Both the position numbers and the translations under genes were made by a program. Under the pieces are notes generated by a model. The model was not told the DNA's origin. It saw only the letters and a program-made list of their open reading frames with translations, and ran no database searches. A stretch of 63,078 bases of DNA, counting the filler, from Bipalium vagum (lineage: Eukaryota): the NCBI GenBank assembly GCA_037834085.1. It is 3 parts of 3 records of this genome, joined end to end, with 100 filler letters (N's around TTAATTAATTAA, not from the genome) between each part and the next. Parts side by side here need not be neighbours in the genome. Positions count along the whole stretch, not along the records: positions 1 to 20,848 come from JBBMKC010245353.1; positions 20,949 to 44,263 come from JBBMKC010210373.1; 1 more part is not named here. One strand, written 5' to 3'. Shown here piece after piece: positions 13,172 to 26,849 of the stretch. Position 1 is the stretch's first letter, and each line of letters opens with the position of its first letter.

Positions 13172-16100
13172 CTACAAATATTTAGGCAGCTGTCTCAATT
13201 TCTCAATATCAAGAACATTAGTTATATCCTCAGAATATGAACTTTTATCTACACCGGCTTGGTTACGTTGGAAATGTTTTTGAGACCAAGAATCAGTCGA
13301 ATCTTCGTTCATTACCGGCAATATTGAAGGCTGTTGTTTCAGCCCGTCCAAAATTCGAACATAAGACCAATCAGTTTCCATTGGTTGCATATTAATCTTA
13401 TTGGAATCACCAGTTTTCTTAAAACAGTTGTCGGAAAACGGTTGAGCGTGAGGAGTTGGGGTACTATAGATCAAATGTTTACTTCTCGGCAAAGAATAAC
13501 CATCGGGCATTCTGATTGACGAAAAATAATTCATGCTTGCGTTCTCTGATGCAGTCAAATCGACAGCATTTAAATTATATTTCTGCAAATATTTTTTCGT
13601 GTTTATACTGACATTTTCATTTTCACTTGTGCAATTGACGGAACAAGATTTTAACCAATGGGGAGAATTTGAGCTCTGCAATCTCTCGAATTTCGTGGTA
13701 GCTTTATTGAGATATTTAACGGCCAATTCTTCGAGAAACGTGCTCTGTTCACTGAGAAGAGATGAATTTTTCTGACTATTGGCGTCCGTCAAATTGGGCG
13801 ACAAGATTGAAGAATTCAGAAACAGGGAAACATAATTGATTTTTTGCATAAGAATGGTGGAATCGAGACTGCGTCTTTCATTTTCAGTTTCCTGGTCAAG
13901 TCTACAATAATAACTGTTCAGTCGATTCTTGACAGGTATACACAAAAATGTGATATAAAACAGTGACAATATGAAATTTAAAACAATTATTCAAATTAAG
14001 AAAGGTTCAAAGAAAATCTAGCAAAGAATCCTATTGATCGATGAATATTAAGGGTAATTCAAATTATTTTTATGATTAATAAATTGGCTCAATAAAAAAA
14101 ATCAATATATCATTTTTTTCAATTTATGAGTAAAATGCTTTGTATTAGGTCATTAAGTATGAAATGCATGGATTTAAGACAAAACATTATTAAAGAAATC
14201 TTTAAGAAGAAACAAGGGAATCAATAGAGATCTGTACCACCAGAAAGAATAAACTTCTGCCATCTTGTCTGTAGGTCGGAAATGCCTTTATCGAAAAACT
14301 CTGGTTTGAGAGAGTCAATAAATTGAGTGAAGACACTTTAGACAGCCTCTGCGGAATTGAAAATTTTTCCTTGTTTTTTGTCCAAATTCTGCAAAAAACA
14401 ATAATCTGTAGGTGAAGGTCTGGAGAATAAGGAAGATGATCGGTTGTTTCCAAATCCATCTCCAAAATTTTTAATTGAGTCCGATTTGCAACATGCGGAC
14501 GGGCATTGTCATGTAGCAAAATTAGTTTATCTCTATTGGCCAATTTCGGCTGTGTTTTTGCCATATTCTTCATCATTTCTTCCTATTGAATGCAGTATAT
14601 GTCTTCTCTGATTGACTGAGAATACCACTCCGCCACTTGTCCACAAAATGATAACCATCAACTTATTTTGATGAATTTTCGGTCTTGAACATGTTTTAGG
14701 AGGTTTACTTGCATATAACCATTGTGCTGAACGCTTACGATTATCATAAAGGATCTACTTTTCGTTAAACGTAACAATACGATGCAGAAATGGATCACTC
14801 TTGTTCCGGGAAAGGAGAGAAATGCATGTATTGAAGCGCTTTCTCTTGTGGATATCTGTCAATTCCGATGGAATCATTGGTCGAGTTTTTTTACTTTATT
14901 AATATGTCGCAGATGAACCAAAATAGTTGAGACGGAAACACCAAATCTTGTTGCTAAATCTGTGATAGTTTGACTCGGGTCTTTTTTCCATGATAGCTTT
15001 CAATTTATCATTGCAATTTTCAGATCTTCCTCGGAGCCGATTTTCCAAGCAAAAATCTCCAGGTCTAAATTTTTCCAACCAACTGCTGATGGTGTTTTGA
15101 TTAGGCCCATTATCACCGAAGACATCCTTCATGTTCTGGAAGATCTGAGCTATCGTGGATATTCTACAGAACTCGTATTCCATTATCATACGAATTTTTG
15201 ATTTTTCCATTATCTATAAACTGTAAATTACAAATCATATATTGACCTAAAATAGATGTCTTGATATTTTGAAAGCATGTGGCTTTTGCTAAATATTGCA
15301 ACAAAATTTATTATTTTAAAATAAAATTGGCAGATATATTAGACTTTAAAAATGACCATACAAGGTTATGCATTTCATGCTTGACCTAATAAATAAACAT
15401 TTTCGCTCATGGTTTTTGTTGGTGTTTGCAGATATTTACAAATCAAACTTTCAGACTGTTGACGGCTTTCCAGATTGAAAATTAATATTAATAATAATCC
15501 ATCTAATTCACTAACTCGTCAACTCTGTCTCCATCAGGCGGAATATCCGTTTTACTGGACCGAACAGTTTCCCAGTACTGATTCTCGAAATCTCGATCAA
15601 CATTCAATTCTCGAAGATTACTGATGGCTTCTTCCAGTAATGTTATCTCAGATCGATGACTGGAACCAGAATTGGGTCCTGTTTGCAAAGTTTCCCCTTC
15701 TTCAAAGGAATTCTTCTGTCGAATCTGCTGTGCAAAATTCTCCATGTTTTCCTAAAATAAACTCAACTTTTTTCTATTGATTGAATGAGGACAAACCAAA
15801 TAACTGAAAATGACAAATTTGTACCAATTTTCAGATATATAAATGTTTGTATACAGAAACAAACTTATAAATTAAAAAATTTGTGAAATATAAATCAATC
15901 AAACTGAATAATATTACTTTAATATAATGATTGTGTTATTTGTAAAAAGGAATAAGCAATTTTATTATGTTTGTTAATATCGTAGTTTAGATAAAGCATT
16001 TTAAATAAAAATGTTTATGGAATATTGGTGTTAACATCTATTTGTTTACAACCAATAAGACTTTTTTTTAATGATTTATTAAGTAATATAAATAATCTTC

Positions 16101-19100
16101 ATTTTCAAATCAAACCATGTGATTTCAATATTTCATTATAAATTTTAGAAAATACTTTTAAATGTTAACAATAGTAATGTATAAATTCTTTAATACTTAA
16201 TGTAGATAATATTTTAAAATATGTTTAAAGTTATTATTTTTAAAATTTTAATAAACCACTAAAATAAGATTTTAAAATTAAAATTCCTATGGTCTGATTA
16301 TCTTCATTATAGTTGCAAACAAGGAATTTAAACGTAAAAAAAGAAAATGTTATTGATTTTTTAATTTTTCAAAAGATACAATATAAATTCAGTGTTGTCA
16401 TATAACAAATTTTGTTTTAAAATCTGTCCTCTATGACAAAAAACATAGAGAACACCTCATTTTTCGAACTCATCATTTTCATTTTTGACTAACACAAATA
16501 AAGACAAACAATTTGAATAAAAATATACCAATAATTCATTGAAATGTTCGCACTCTTCTGACGTGATTTTTTCTTCAGACTCCGTTTGGCTGATCTAAGA
16601 GCAAAATAAAAACATGAGACAACTAGTTCTAGCGTAGATGATACTTCTGGTTGAACCTTCACAAAAAAATCATCAGTTGAGAGTTTCTCGTGTGCATTGT
16701 CATTTGATGAGTTATGTATTGTACTACCAACAGTAACAATTTCCTTTCCGTTACCGTTGAGATCACTGTTTAAACGTTGGCAGCAATAAAAACAAGTGTC
16801 CTTATTGATCAAAGATGGTAGATCTGTATGAAAAAACATTTTACACTTAACCAAATTGTTTTTTATGAATAAATCAAGGATTATGATATAAAAAAGAAAT
16901 AAATATATTAGAAGATTAGTTTTTATCTTTTCGTTTTGAACTATGTTGATTTACGATTTAACCATAAATTAAACAATCAAATTATAGTTTTTTAGACCAA
17001 ATGAAAAATTAAATTATAAGCACAGAATTAAATCAAATTCAATTCATTTTCTAAATCATAAATAAATTGTAATAGAATAATATTAATGTATCATGATACA
17101 TTGTCTAAATCATAACATTTTTAATAAAACAAAAACTATCTAAATATTTTTGCAATGATAGAATTGAATATATAGTTTATTTATCAACTGTAATATCTAC
17201 AAATTCAATTTAAATTTATTCAATTCAGTTCATTTCATCCCTTCAAAACCAGATTAAGTCTCAGTGCACACTGATTACATGATGACAAGGCTTTTGGACA
17301 CTGATAATAAAAAAGCTATACCGACAACTTCATGATAATATTATTTATTTAAAACCCATTTAAAGTAGGTTCCAGTGCTAATAGTAAAATTAGTTAATGT
17401 CTGGGAAAATTAGTGATGACAGCTGTCTATAAACCAGAGCATATCAAAATTATTAATCAACCAATGTTACATTCAGGGACTCGGGTTAGGTAAAGTTCTT
17501 TCTTTAAGAAAGGCATAGTACTTCTCAATGACCTATGGCTTAAAATTTTTCAAATAAAAAAAGGAGACAGTACAAAGATAGACTACCTCTTTCATTATGC
17601 CAACTGAACTTTGTATAAATGAAATATATTTTCTTATTTTGAAAAGAAACGGAATAGTGAGGTCTCCAATTTCTTCGTCTTCATCTTATTATTAATAAAA
17701 AGCCTCTTCCATAATCTCAGACTACTGCATTGTAAATCATAATGAAAAGTTCTTCGTGTCATTGTCATCTTGACATATAAATTTAAGGCAAAGATTGTTG
17801 AAGGAAATAAATCTTGCCGAATGAGCTCCTCAGATATTTTGATCAAATTCACTGTTGCGAAATAGATAAGTCGTGAGTCTTTCTTAAATGGTGGATCTTC
17901 TTTAAGATGAAATACGTACGGACAATATTGTTGGGTTTTGAAAAATAATAATTTTTGAATAATAATAATTTTAATTAATAATAAATAATAATAATAAAAT
18001 TAAAAAAAAAATTTTTGTTAATAGCAAAATCCCGTCGTGGGGATTTTTCGGGAAATTAGGCTAATGGATTTCCTGACAAGAATTCATTAGCCTCGACAGG
18101 AGACTATCTCGGCGTAGAGATAGTGAGTGGCTATTAGGGAAAAATAGCCGTCTCTGAGCGTAGGGATTGGTGATTGTAAACCAATCTCTACGACTATAAA
18201 AGGAGACGGCTATTCTCGTTAATAGCGAGAAAAAAAACCCAGAAAAAGCCAGAATACCAAAAACGGAAAATTTCCCTCTCCCGCCGAGGACGAACCCAGT
18301 AATTATTTTATTTCTGTCAATTATGCAGCCGGATTTTTACAAGGGGACCCAGTGAGCTTGGAAACCCCTAGGCGACCTGAGAAGGGCCTAGAGGGTGACC
18401 CGGGGACCCCTTGTCGCTCTTGGTGAGACCGATTTATTCATTTTTGTTTTTATTTCTCGATTTTATTATTAATTTATTATTATCAATTATTGATTTGATT
18501 TCAACATTAACGTAATCCTTGAACGTGATTTTATTTACCCTCAATAAAGTTTTTTTTGTGATTTGAATCGATTTAGCAATTGTAATTGTGGTGTTAGTGC
18601 AAATAAAGTTTTATTTTAAGTATATTGAATTGGTTCTTAAGGGTGCAGATACAGTATTGTGGAGGGTGGTTTAAATTCAAAAAGGTTGAGAGGAATTACG
18701 AACACGAGTTATAAAAAGTAAGGAGTCACGAGCAGACGAGCACACGTTGCTAAGTTTTAGTATAATAATAACAATATAGTTCATAGTTAAAACCGAAAAA
18801 CTGTAAAAATTGAACATTGCCATCCTTTTATTAAAAGACGGAGAACAAAATTTAAGTAATCAATGTCTAATAAAATTAATCAAAGCAAAGTTTACTTTGG
18901 AGCATATTGTATTGTTTAAATAATTAATATTAAAAAATATATATGGATTAATAGAGATCAATAAAAAATATATATCAGTCTTATAATTAGTATTTCAAGA
19001 ATATTGATCAAATTCATAGACCTGATGCTAGCTTATATTAAAAGTCATACAATAAATTTTAATTTTATTGTTCTAAAATGCAGAAATATTTAGTTAGGCC

Positions 19101-20744
19101 AGTCAGTTGAGAATTATTATAACTGATTCAAAAAAGAAAAGTATTTATAATATTATAATATTAAATATTTAATATTTATAATATTAAAGTAGGTATATGT
19201 ATATATAATGTAAAATCCATTTACTACCACACCTTTTACTGACCTAATAATAAAGTGTATACTATTAATCCTTAATTTATCGAATTTAAAAATTTTAAGT
19301 TAAATTTCAAAGATATTTTAAATTTCATATATAACTTTGATAAAAATTGTGATCTCATTTATATTCTTCTACTTTAATGATGATACCAAAATATTTTATA
19401 ACTGTAATCAGATACAAGTTTTAATTACTAAAGTAATAATCAATCAAAAATTCAAATAGGTTAATTTTTATTTATAAGATAAAATTATTAAAACCATTTT
19501 GTAAGATTAAACAAGAAAACCAACGATTTTCTCAATTAAAAGTTAAATTATCCAATCTAATAAAATGTTAAATCAATTATGGTTTAAAATTCTTAAAAAG
19601 GTGATAAATATGTATATTTGACAGATAATAGCTATAGGTATAAAAATAAATCAATGATTATGGAAAATTTTAATATTTTCTTAACAATACCTATAGAAAA
19701 GAATGTAGCCACTGTTGAAAAAGAATAGATTATGTTAAAATATCATTGTAAAATCATAAAAACGGTTTATTACCTGTCGAAACCTCAATAAATTTCTTGC
19801 TTGCAGTTTCTGGAAAAATTTCACTGGTATTTGTTGAAGTCGATATCATGAATGTCTTAGTCTGGTGATGCCTCTGGTTTATTATCTGCTGAACGAGTAA
19901 TTCCAAAGTAGCTAAGTCTTCTTCCCGATCAAGTTGCAATATTCGTTTAGACAATTTACTGCTTTGAGATGCCACATCTGCTCTTTTATCTCCTTTCGCT
20001 CTTTCCTCATGTACTTTTGTTGAGTTCATAGATATTATTTGAGTATTTTGTTCAGAAGTTTTTTTATTTTGACTTTCTTTTAAAATAGTTTTATTTTTCG
20101 ACATACTTTTCTTTGTGGTTGTTGCAGTTCCGATGGCGGTACCCAAAACAGTTTCCGTTTTTTTCGGTGGATGTGGCGGTTTTGATTTTGTAGGTTGTAT
20201 TAGATCGTGATTAGCAATAAAAATATTTGGTGAATACATCGGATAAGGATTACCAGTAGGAATGAAAGCTGGATATTGAAATAATTGTGGTGGAATGAGT
20301 TGCAATTGTGGATAACTGTGAAAAAATTTTGGATTATTGAGATCAGTGGGAAAGTTCTTGTTTGATATCCGATGCTGCTTGTGAACCAGTGGTCTTGGAA
20401 TTGCCTCGTCTGTCTCTTTGTTTGTCTTAAACAGTATCTTTTTTATTGACTTATCATTCGAAAATCTGAAATTTATTAATTTTAAATTGATATTTACTTT
20501 CTTATGAATTAGAAATAATTAAAATAAAAAAATTCTTTTCATATCAAATACTTACTCTTCCATTTCTATTTCTGCTTCCTTTACGGGTGGGTCATTATGA
20601 TTCAAAGAATATAGTGATGTTTCACTGAAATCAGATGACATTAAAAGTGATATATCTGGTACTTCCAATCCACTAAAATTATTCGATAAAGCAAAATTCT
20701 CACGAGCTTTATTATGCCTTGGAATTATATCACATTTTCCAGAG
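13172..20744 (-). CDS. STIL: STIL/Ana2/SAS-5 centriole assembly protein, 3' five exons (5' end lost at contig join)
   Basis: Exons 20556-20744, 19774-20465, ~16645/16657-16823, 15516-15751, 13172-13901 join in phase. CR2-like IIPRHN..LEVPDISLL, short coiled coil (LQLDREEDLATLELLVQQII), STAN motif (LEELAVKYL..NVSINTKKYLQKYNL) and C-terminal TIM motif VLDIEKLRQLPKYL*. Confidence 0.85.
14145..15389 (-). mobile_element. Full-length decayed mariner element in the last STIL intron
   Basis: TIRs TTAGGTCATTAAGTATGAAATGCAT / ATGCATTTCATGCTTGACCTAA, TA flanks, ~1.25 kb. Transposase pieces MEKSKIRMIMEYEF, LLHDNARPHVA, LPYSPDL; frameshifted. Confidence 0.93.
17929..18653 (+). mobile_element. Putative solo LTR (copy B of the hairpin-rich ~725-bp family) in a STIL intron, antisense to host
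   Basis: TGT...ACA ends, imperfect 4-bp TSD ATAT/GTAT, ATTGG/CCAAT boxes (18166-18185), TATAAAAG (18196), AATAAA (~18544 and ~18602), multiple inverted repeats; collinear motifs with 5876-6602. Confidence 0.6.
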
Positions 20745-20797
20745 CTAAGATATTAAACAAGATCAATTAATAGATAGATTATTAATTTTTATGGTAA

Positions 20798-20848
<51 letters not shown>

Positions 20849-20948
20849 NNNNNNNNNNNNNNNNNNNNNNNNNNNNNNNNNNNNNNNNNNNNTTAATTAA
20901 TTAANNNNNNNNNNNNNNNNNNNNNNNNNNNNNNNNNNNNNNNNNNNN
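20849..20948. other. Artificial assembly spacer (44 N + TTAATTAATTAA + 44 N)
   Basis: Exactly 100 bp with a six-frame stop 12-mer in the centre; identical to 44264-44363; preceded by (TTA)n. Confidence 0.97.
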
Positions 20949-21239
20949 ACCTATAAATAGTGAGAATTAATCATGCCAAATTTTATTGAAATATAAATAT
21001 TTTTTCGGCTTCATTCTAAGGACTTGTCAGCCCAACCATGTATATTCAAACTTGACGATAGACTTTTTGAAAATATATTTGTTCAACACATTTATTTACA
21101 TACCACTGACAGCACAGGGATTGTTTTTCCATAATTTTTACTTTACCATTATTACTAATGTCTCATTTATAATATTTTTAAAAGTCATGTTAGATTAAAT
21201 GTCAATTTCAAGCAATTGAATTGTATGATTTCAGATTGG

Positions 21240-21633
21240 GCAATAATAAGTCTTCAAGACATGCTCGGTAATACGTTGAAAAAAAATTCATGTACAATCT
21301 GAATCATTTGGGATATAAAAGTCTGCCTTGTCCAGCCTACTCCAGGGATCTGTTGTCTCCTGACTATCACTTTTTTATCATCTTTCCCATTTCCTACAAA
21401 AGAAAATCTTCCACAACAGTGTTATTCAGAATACCATCCATGAGTTTATCGATTCCCGAAGACCGGATTTCTACGTCATTGAAATAAATAAATTTATTTC
21501 GCCTTAGCAGAAAATTGTTGTTTATTATTGATCATTTTTTGAATAAAAAAATTTCTGGTCTTAATATTTTTAATAATACATTTGTACAAATGTTTTGTAA
21601 TACAAAAATTCAATTACATTATTACCAACCTGA
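21240..21633 (+). mobile_element. Mariner transposase 3' fragment
   Basis: LNHLGYKSLPCPAYSRDLLSPDYHFF (degenerate HPPYSPDLAPSDYHLF) and TIR-like end ATTACCAACCTGA-TA. Confidence 0.75.
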
Positions 21634-22145
21634 TAATAATGATAATAATAGTAATTATCTTTATCATTATGTATATATATTTGATGAATTGCCAAATACA
21701 CTAGGATGACTGCAAAATAAAATAAGACAGTGTGAAATAATTTGTTTGGTTTGAATACCAAATTGTCATTACTTAAATAAACAATGAAAAAGAAGAAACA
21801 AGTCGATTTTGAATTTTTTCATCTAATCCAGAAATCCGGCCTATTGACAACATTAGTCAATTTTACGGTGCATAATAAAGAAAACAAGTTGGGATTCATC
21901 AATCACCATACAGCATCGATCTAAGCTGTTCCGAGACTCAGTACAAGTGAGAGGCATGTGTGCAAAAACTCTGGTCTACTAGGTTTTACGATAATGGTTA
22001 ACACTTTGAGGCATTTTGAAATTAAATGTGTCCCTATTTTTTGATACTTGAGATCCACAATGGATTATTTTTTACAAAATTTAACCTACACACGAACATA
22101 ATGTCGAAATTCATCACATCATCCACATCAGTTCATTCATCGAGA

Positions 22146-25100
22146 TCATTTGGTTTTTTGTATCTCCTCTCAAATGGTATTGTGGAATAGAATGAATAAA
22201 TATCCATGAAATAAAATTTTTAAAAATTTGAAATTGGTTATGTTCTTCTTTTAATAATAAAATCAATTATTTTTATCACTTACCACATGGCTATTGTTAA
22301 AAGTTCCACTCAGTACGGGGTCATAGTTTTGAGTATTTCTCTTTCTGTAGCTGGGGCAAAAGTGGTCCAGGTCATATATTGAACCTGAGGATAGGTCTTC
22401 ATTCAAGTAGTAATCCCAAATATCGATCATGCACAAGTGGGTACAAGGTCTCAAAACCTAAAATAACATTATCATGACAATTGAAAACAATTTAGGGGAT
22501 GGTTTCCGCTTTTACTTCTTGGGATAAGTGAGGATTGTAGAGAAAGTTGAAGAACACCGGCCATTCTGCATGATGACGTTGGATGTATTTCCATATTGAA
22601 TATTGGTCGTACAATTTCGAGCCCGGAGCACAGTCATCGTCAATGGAACGCATCCATTGGATTCTCTCGGCCTCATTGTCCATTTTAAAGTCGTGAAATC
22701 GATTAGACAAATGATGATATGCAAGAAACTTAAGAAAAAAATCGTTGAATTCAAATGCCATCGGAAATTGATTCAACAGTTGATGGACAGTGTCGAGAAA
22801 TTGTAAAAAAATCGGAATGAAACTGTTCGCTCTTGCATTGGAATTCAAACATAGCCGTGCTTGAAATTTGTGACCGGCCATAATCCAATCCTTTTCAATA
22901 AGAGACCAAAATCCACTAATGGTTCGATATTGTTCATCGAGCATTATTTGTGCAAGTGAAACTATCTAAGTTGAAAAACACCAATTTTCATTATGAGAAG
23001 TAAAATGAGCAGCAAAAGAAAACAATTTATCAGTTATCGTAATAAAAGATTTTCACCTGACAAGTAACATCACAACCGCCCTCAAGACAAAAGGTAACCG
23101 ACGCCGACTGTATGTCTATTAAGTCAACCACAGCTCCACTTAATTCCAATAAATACTGAATCTGCAAAATCCACTTATTTGCTGCTCCAGCAAGAGAGGT
23201 TTCTGAATTTAGTTGTGTTTCTTGAAATCGAGTCGAAGAACTTCCAGGATTTAAATGGCTTATAATTGGAATGGGACTAATGTTGTCAGGCAAAGCTGCT
23301 TTTAATAACAGCTCATATGCATCTCTAACTTGGTGCTTGCCGAGACTTTCAACAGCAATAAATTCAATGTCATGAAAGCTTTCCGATTTACTCATTGCCT
23401 AGAAAAGTTTTTTGTGATCTTAATGACCTATTGATAATGTTCTACCTTAATTTGGGATTTCTCTCCCAATATGTACAATGGAACAATTCTGAGCTCTGAA
23501 AAGTGAGAATCTATTCCTTGATTGATATGATTTTCAGTTTCCTCTTCTTCAACTTTTTCGTCCACAATGTCAGCACCACTTGCCACACTTTCTTTACTAG
23601 GTCGACGATGTATGGCTATAAGTAATACGTCGTCAAAAACAAGAATAATAATAATTAAGAATAATTCAACATCAAATTTTATAACACAAGGGAAATCTTA
23701 AGAAATCGATAATCAATAATTAATGCACCAAAAAACTTTAAATAATAACATAAATATTTAATAAAAAATAATATTAATCGTTAATTGTCAGAATTGATTA
23801 AAATTTTTAAATTAAATTATTAAAATTGATATTTATAAAAAAATAAAATTTTGGTGCAAATTCGATTTCGTAGGAATTAAAACAAAATTAATCTGAAAAA
23901 CCAATTAATGCAAAAGTAAAACCAAATTAAATTGAAAATAACAAAAGACACAGTGAGGTGTACATGTGAACAAGTAAAATGATTACCGCGAAAAGACGAA
24001 ATAAAGTGTGAATCTAAAATATATTAAAAATGATTGATTGACAATAAAAATATAANNNNNNNNNNNNNNNNNNNNNNNNNNNNNNNNNNNNNNNNNNNNN
24101 NNNNNNNNNNNNNNNNNNNNNNNNNNNNNNNNNNNNNNNNNNNNNNNNNNNNNNNNNNNNNNNNNNNNNNNNNNNNNNNNNNNNNNNNNNNNNNNNNNNN
24201 NNNNNNNNNNAATTTTAATAAATAAAAACAATAATGTCAGCGTAAAAAAGCCGGTTAGTGTCTTATATTTTTTCAAAGGAAAATATAAATAAAAATTTTA
24301 GGTTTGAATGCAAGCATTATGAAAATGTTAATTATAAAATCATCCACTGTTAGACTGCATTAAGATCGTGTAATACTGCGAAATACTTGCAAGCTCCGAT
24401 AATATAAGAAGTTTTACTCACACGAATTAAACGATTTCGACCTGGAAAATTCCTCCACATGGTTCACATTCTTATTTTGTATTTTATTATTCAACGGATT
24501 TTTGCCTAATCCTTTCAAACTTGAAGGAGAATGCGGACGTAACAACGAAGAACTTTGCAGTTTAAATTGTAAAATCTCTCGGACTCCTTTGTGTCGATAA
24601 GGTTTATTTTCTTTAATTGGTGTTTTCTTCGATTTCTTCTCGTTTCCCAAACCAATTGTACTAGTGCTAGTTTGGGACATATTATCTTCATCCTCAGCAG
24701 ATTTTATATTTTTAGACCGATCATCAAATTCCACACGAGGAATATGTAGAATGTGATCAAGTTTCTCTTTAAAATGAACAAAATCTGTTATTGTATATGT
24801 CACACTTGTACAAAAGATGTATGAATGTTACATAATTACAAATTGTTAGTCAATAAGAATCTATTGGATGTCTTTTTACTAAATTGATAGTGTATAATTA
24901 TCATTACCAAACGACATTAGAACAGACTTTGAGATATTTCAATCTTATAAAATTCTGATTATTTGAAACGTTTAAAAATTAACTTTAAAAGATTTCATTT
25001 AATTTTATGAATATATAAAAGATGTAATATAGAGAAAAAATCTCAATAAATGGCCNNNNNNNNNNNNNNNNNNNNNNNNNNNNNNNNNNNNNNNNNNNNN

Positions 25101-26784
25101 NNNNNNNNNNNNNNNNNNNNNNNNNNNNNNNNNNNNNNNNNNNNNNNNNNNNNNNNNNNNNNNNNNNNNNNNNNNNNNNNNNNNNNNNNNNNNNNNNNNN
25201 NNNNNNNNNNNNNNNNNNNNNNNNTCTCAAATGTAAAATAAATTTATTTATTTTTTTAAATATTAATTAAATATTTAGAAAATATCAAGGAAGTATTTTT
25301 AAAAAAAGGAATAGAATTAGTGATATGATTAAAACATTTTATAAGATGTTCTAATTTAAGGTACATTTTAAATTAAACTCAATTTACCATTTTTTTAAAA
25401 TCAATAGTTGTGGAATAAGTAGTAGTAATAAGTAGTAGTAATGCGGTTTTTAAAATGAAACATTATTCCACTGAACAACGAGTGTTTACGGAAAAATTTA
25501 TGTCGAAATTGGCAGATAATTTAGGTCTGAATATGGAAAAGAAAGTTGCCCGTCACATGTGATAATTCAAAAAGTTATCAAAAAATTTATAGAAGTGGCT
25601 CGAAAAAAGCTGAAGGACGCCACGAATATCATAGAAATGGTTGTTCGGAAACTAATATTACTACTGTTAATTGGAGTGTGAATGAAAAATCAAAAATGTC
25701 AATCCGTCGTTGTTTACAACTAACCATTCCAAGAACGATGTTATTCAGAATTTTGCATTAAGATCTTCATTTAAGGCGTTCAAGATTCAAATAACTCAAA
25801 AAATAAATCCGGCAAACTTTGAATTAAGCCATAAATTCAGTAAATGGGCCATTGAAACAATGCATGAAAATGAAATACACGCAGTTTAAAATTTTTATCA
25901 ATTGTTAAAAAAATAATCATAAACTATAAATTACAACTAAGAAATTTTATTCCGCTTGTCCAAACAGCGGGACATTGACAATTTTGAGATTTATACAATT
26001 ATTTAAGTTTTCTCAGTAAAATTTATGACTTGAACTAAGAAACTGAAAAGGATACGGTGTTAATGATTTAATTTTAAATATTTAAGAAATTTTACAAATT
26101 GTATTTATTTTTATTACTATTAAAACTTTTTAAAAAAAATTTTAACTCATAAAAAGGAAAAATTATTTTGAAAATTACATTTGAAATAAACATTACATCA
26201 TATATTAAATTCCGGTATCCATAGACAATGATTTCTAAACTTGAAGCCTTTCACAAAATGATTATTTTAATTAGAAAAAAATTTTGCTTCTGATATTTTT
26301 ATTCATTATATATTATAGACTTTTTACTTATAAAATAATATTTTGATTATAAATCATATGTTATTAAAGAGACCCAACAATGATTCGGTTTACAACAACA
26401 TTTAAAGCAAAGAAAAAATGTTTAAAAAATAATATAAAAATTAAAAGATGTATATAAAATAATATGTTCAGTCAAAACCTTGTAAAGATTTGAAGACCAT
26501 AGCCAATCACAGAAAACCAATAATTGAAATATATTAATAGCTAAAATAATTTAATTAATTAAAATATAATCTAAATTATGTACGATAACAAAATGCACCA
26601 CTAATTAGATCAAAGGGATAACATCATTCATGCTATATTAACTCACTAATTAAGCTATCGTGTGATGATGAAACTTTGAAAAGAGCTAAAAAGGAAAATA
26701 ATCCAATAATCAGGTTTCTTAACAAAACATCGATAATACTAATATCAATAATAGTAGTATTATTAATAATAGAAATAATACCAA

Positions 26785-26849
<65 letters not shown>

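Noticed and set aside
18125-18145. TTAGGG/CCCTAA in the structured island as a telomerase RNA template
   Set aside because: Only a single hexamer, not the ~1.5 repeats expected; TG..CA ends and a second related copy favour a TE origin.
19094-19248. Possible mariner-derived MITE (TTAGGCCAGT..ACTGACCTAA)
   Set aside because: Only a ~10-bp imperfect inverted match and no left TA duplication.
23983-25241. ORFs containing poly-X (also 48650-48940)
   Set aside because: They read through N gaps and are artefacts.
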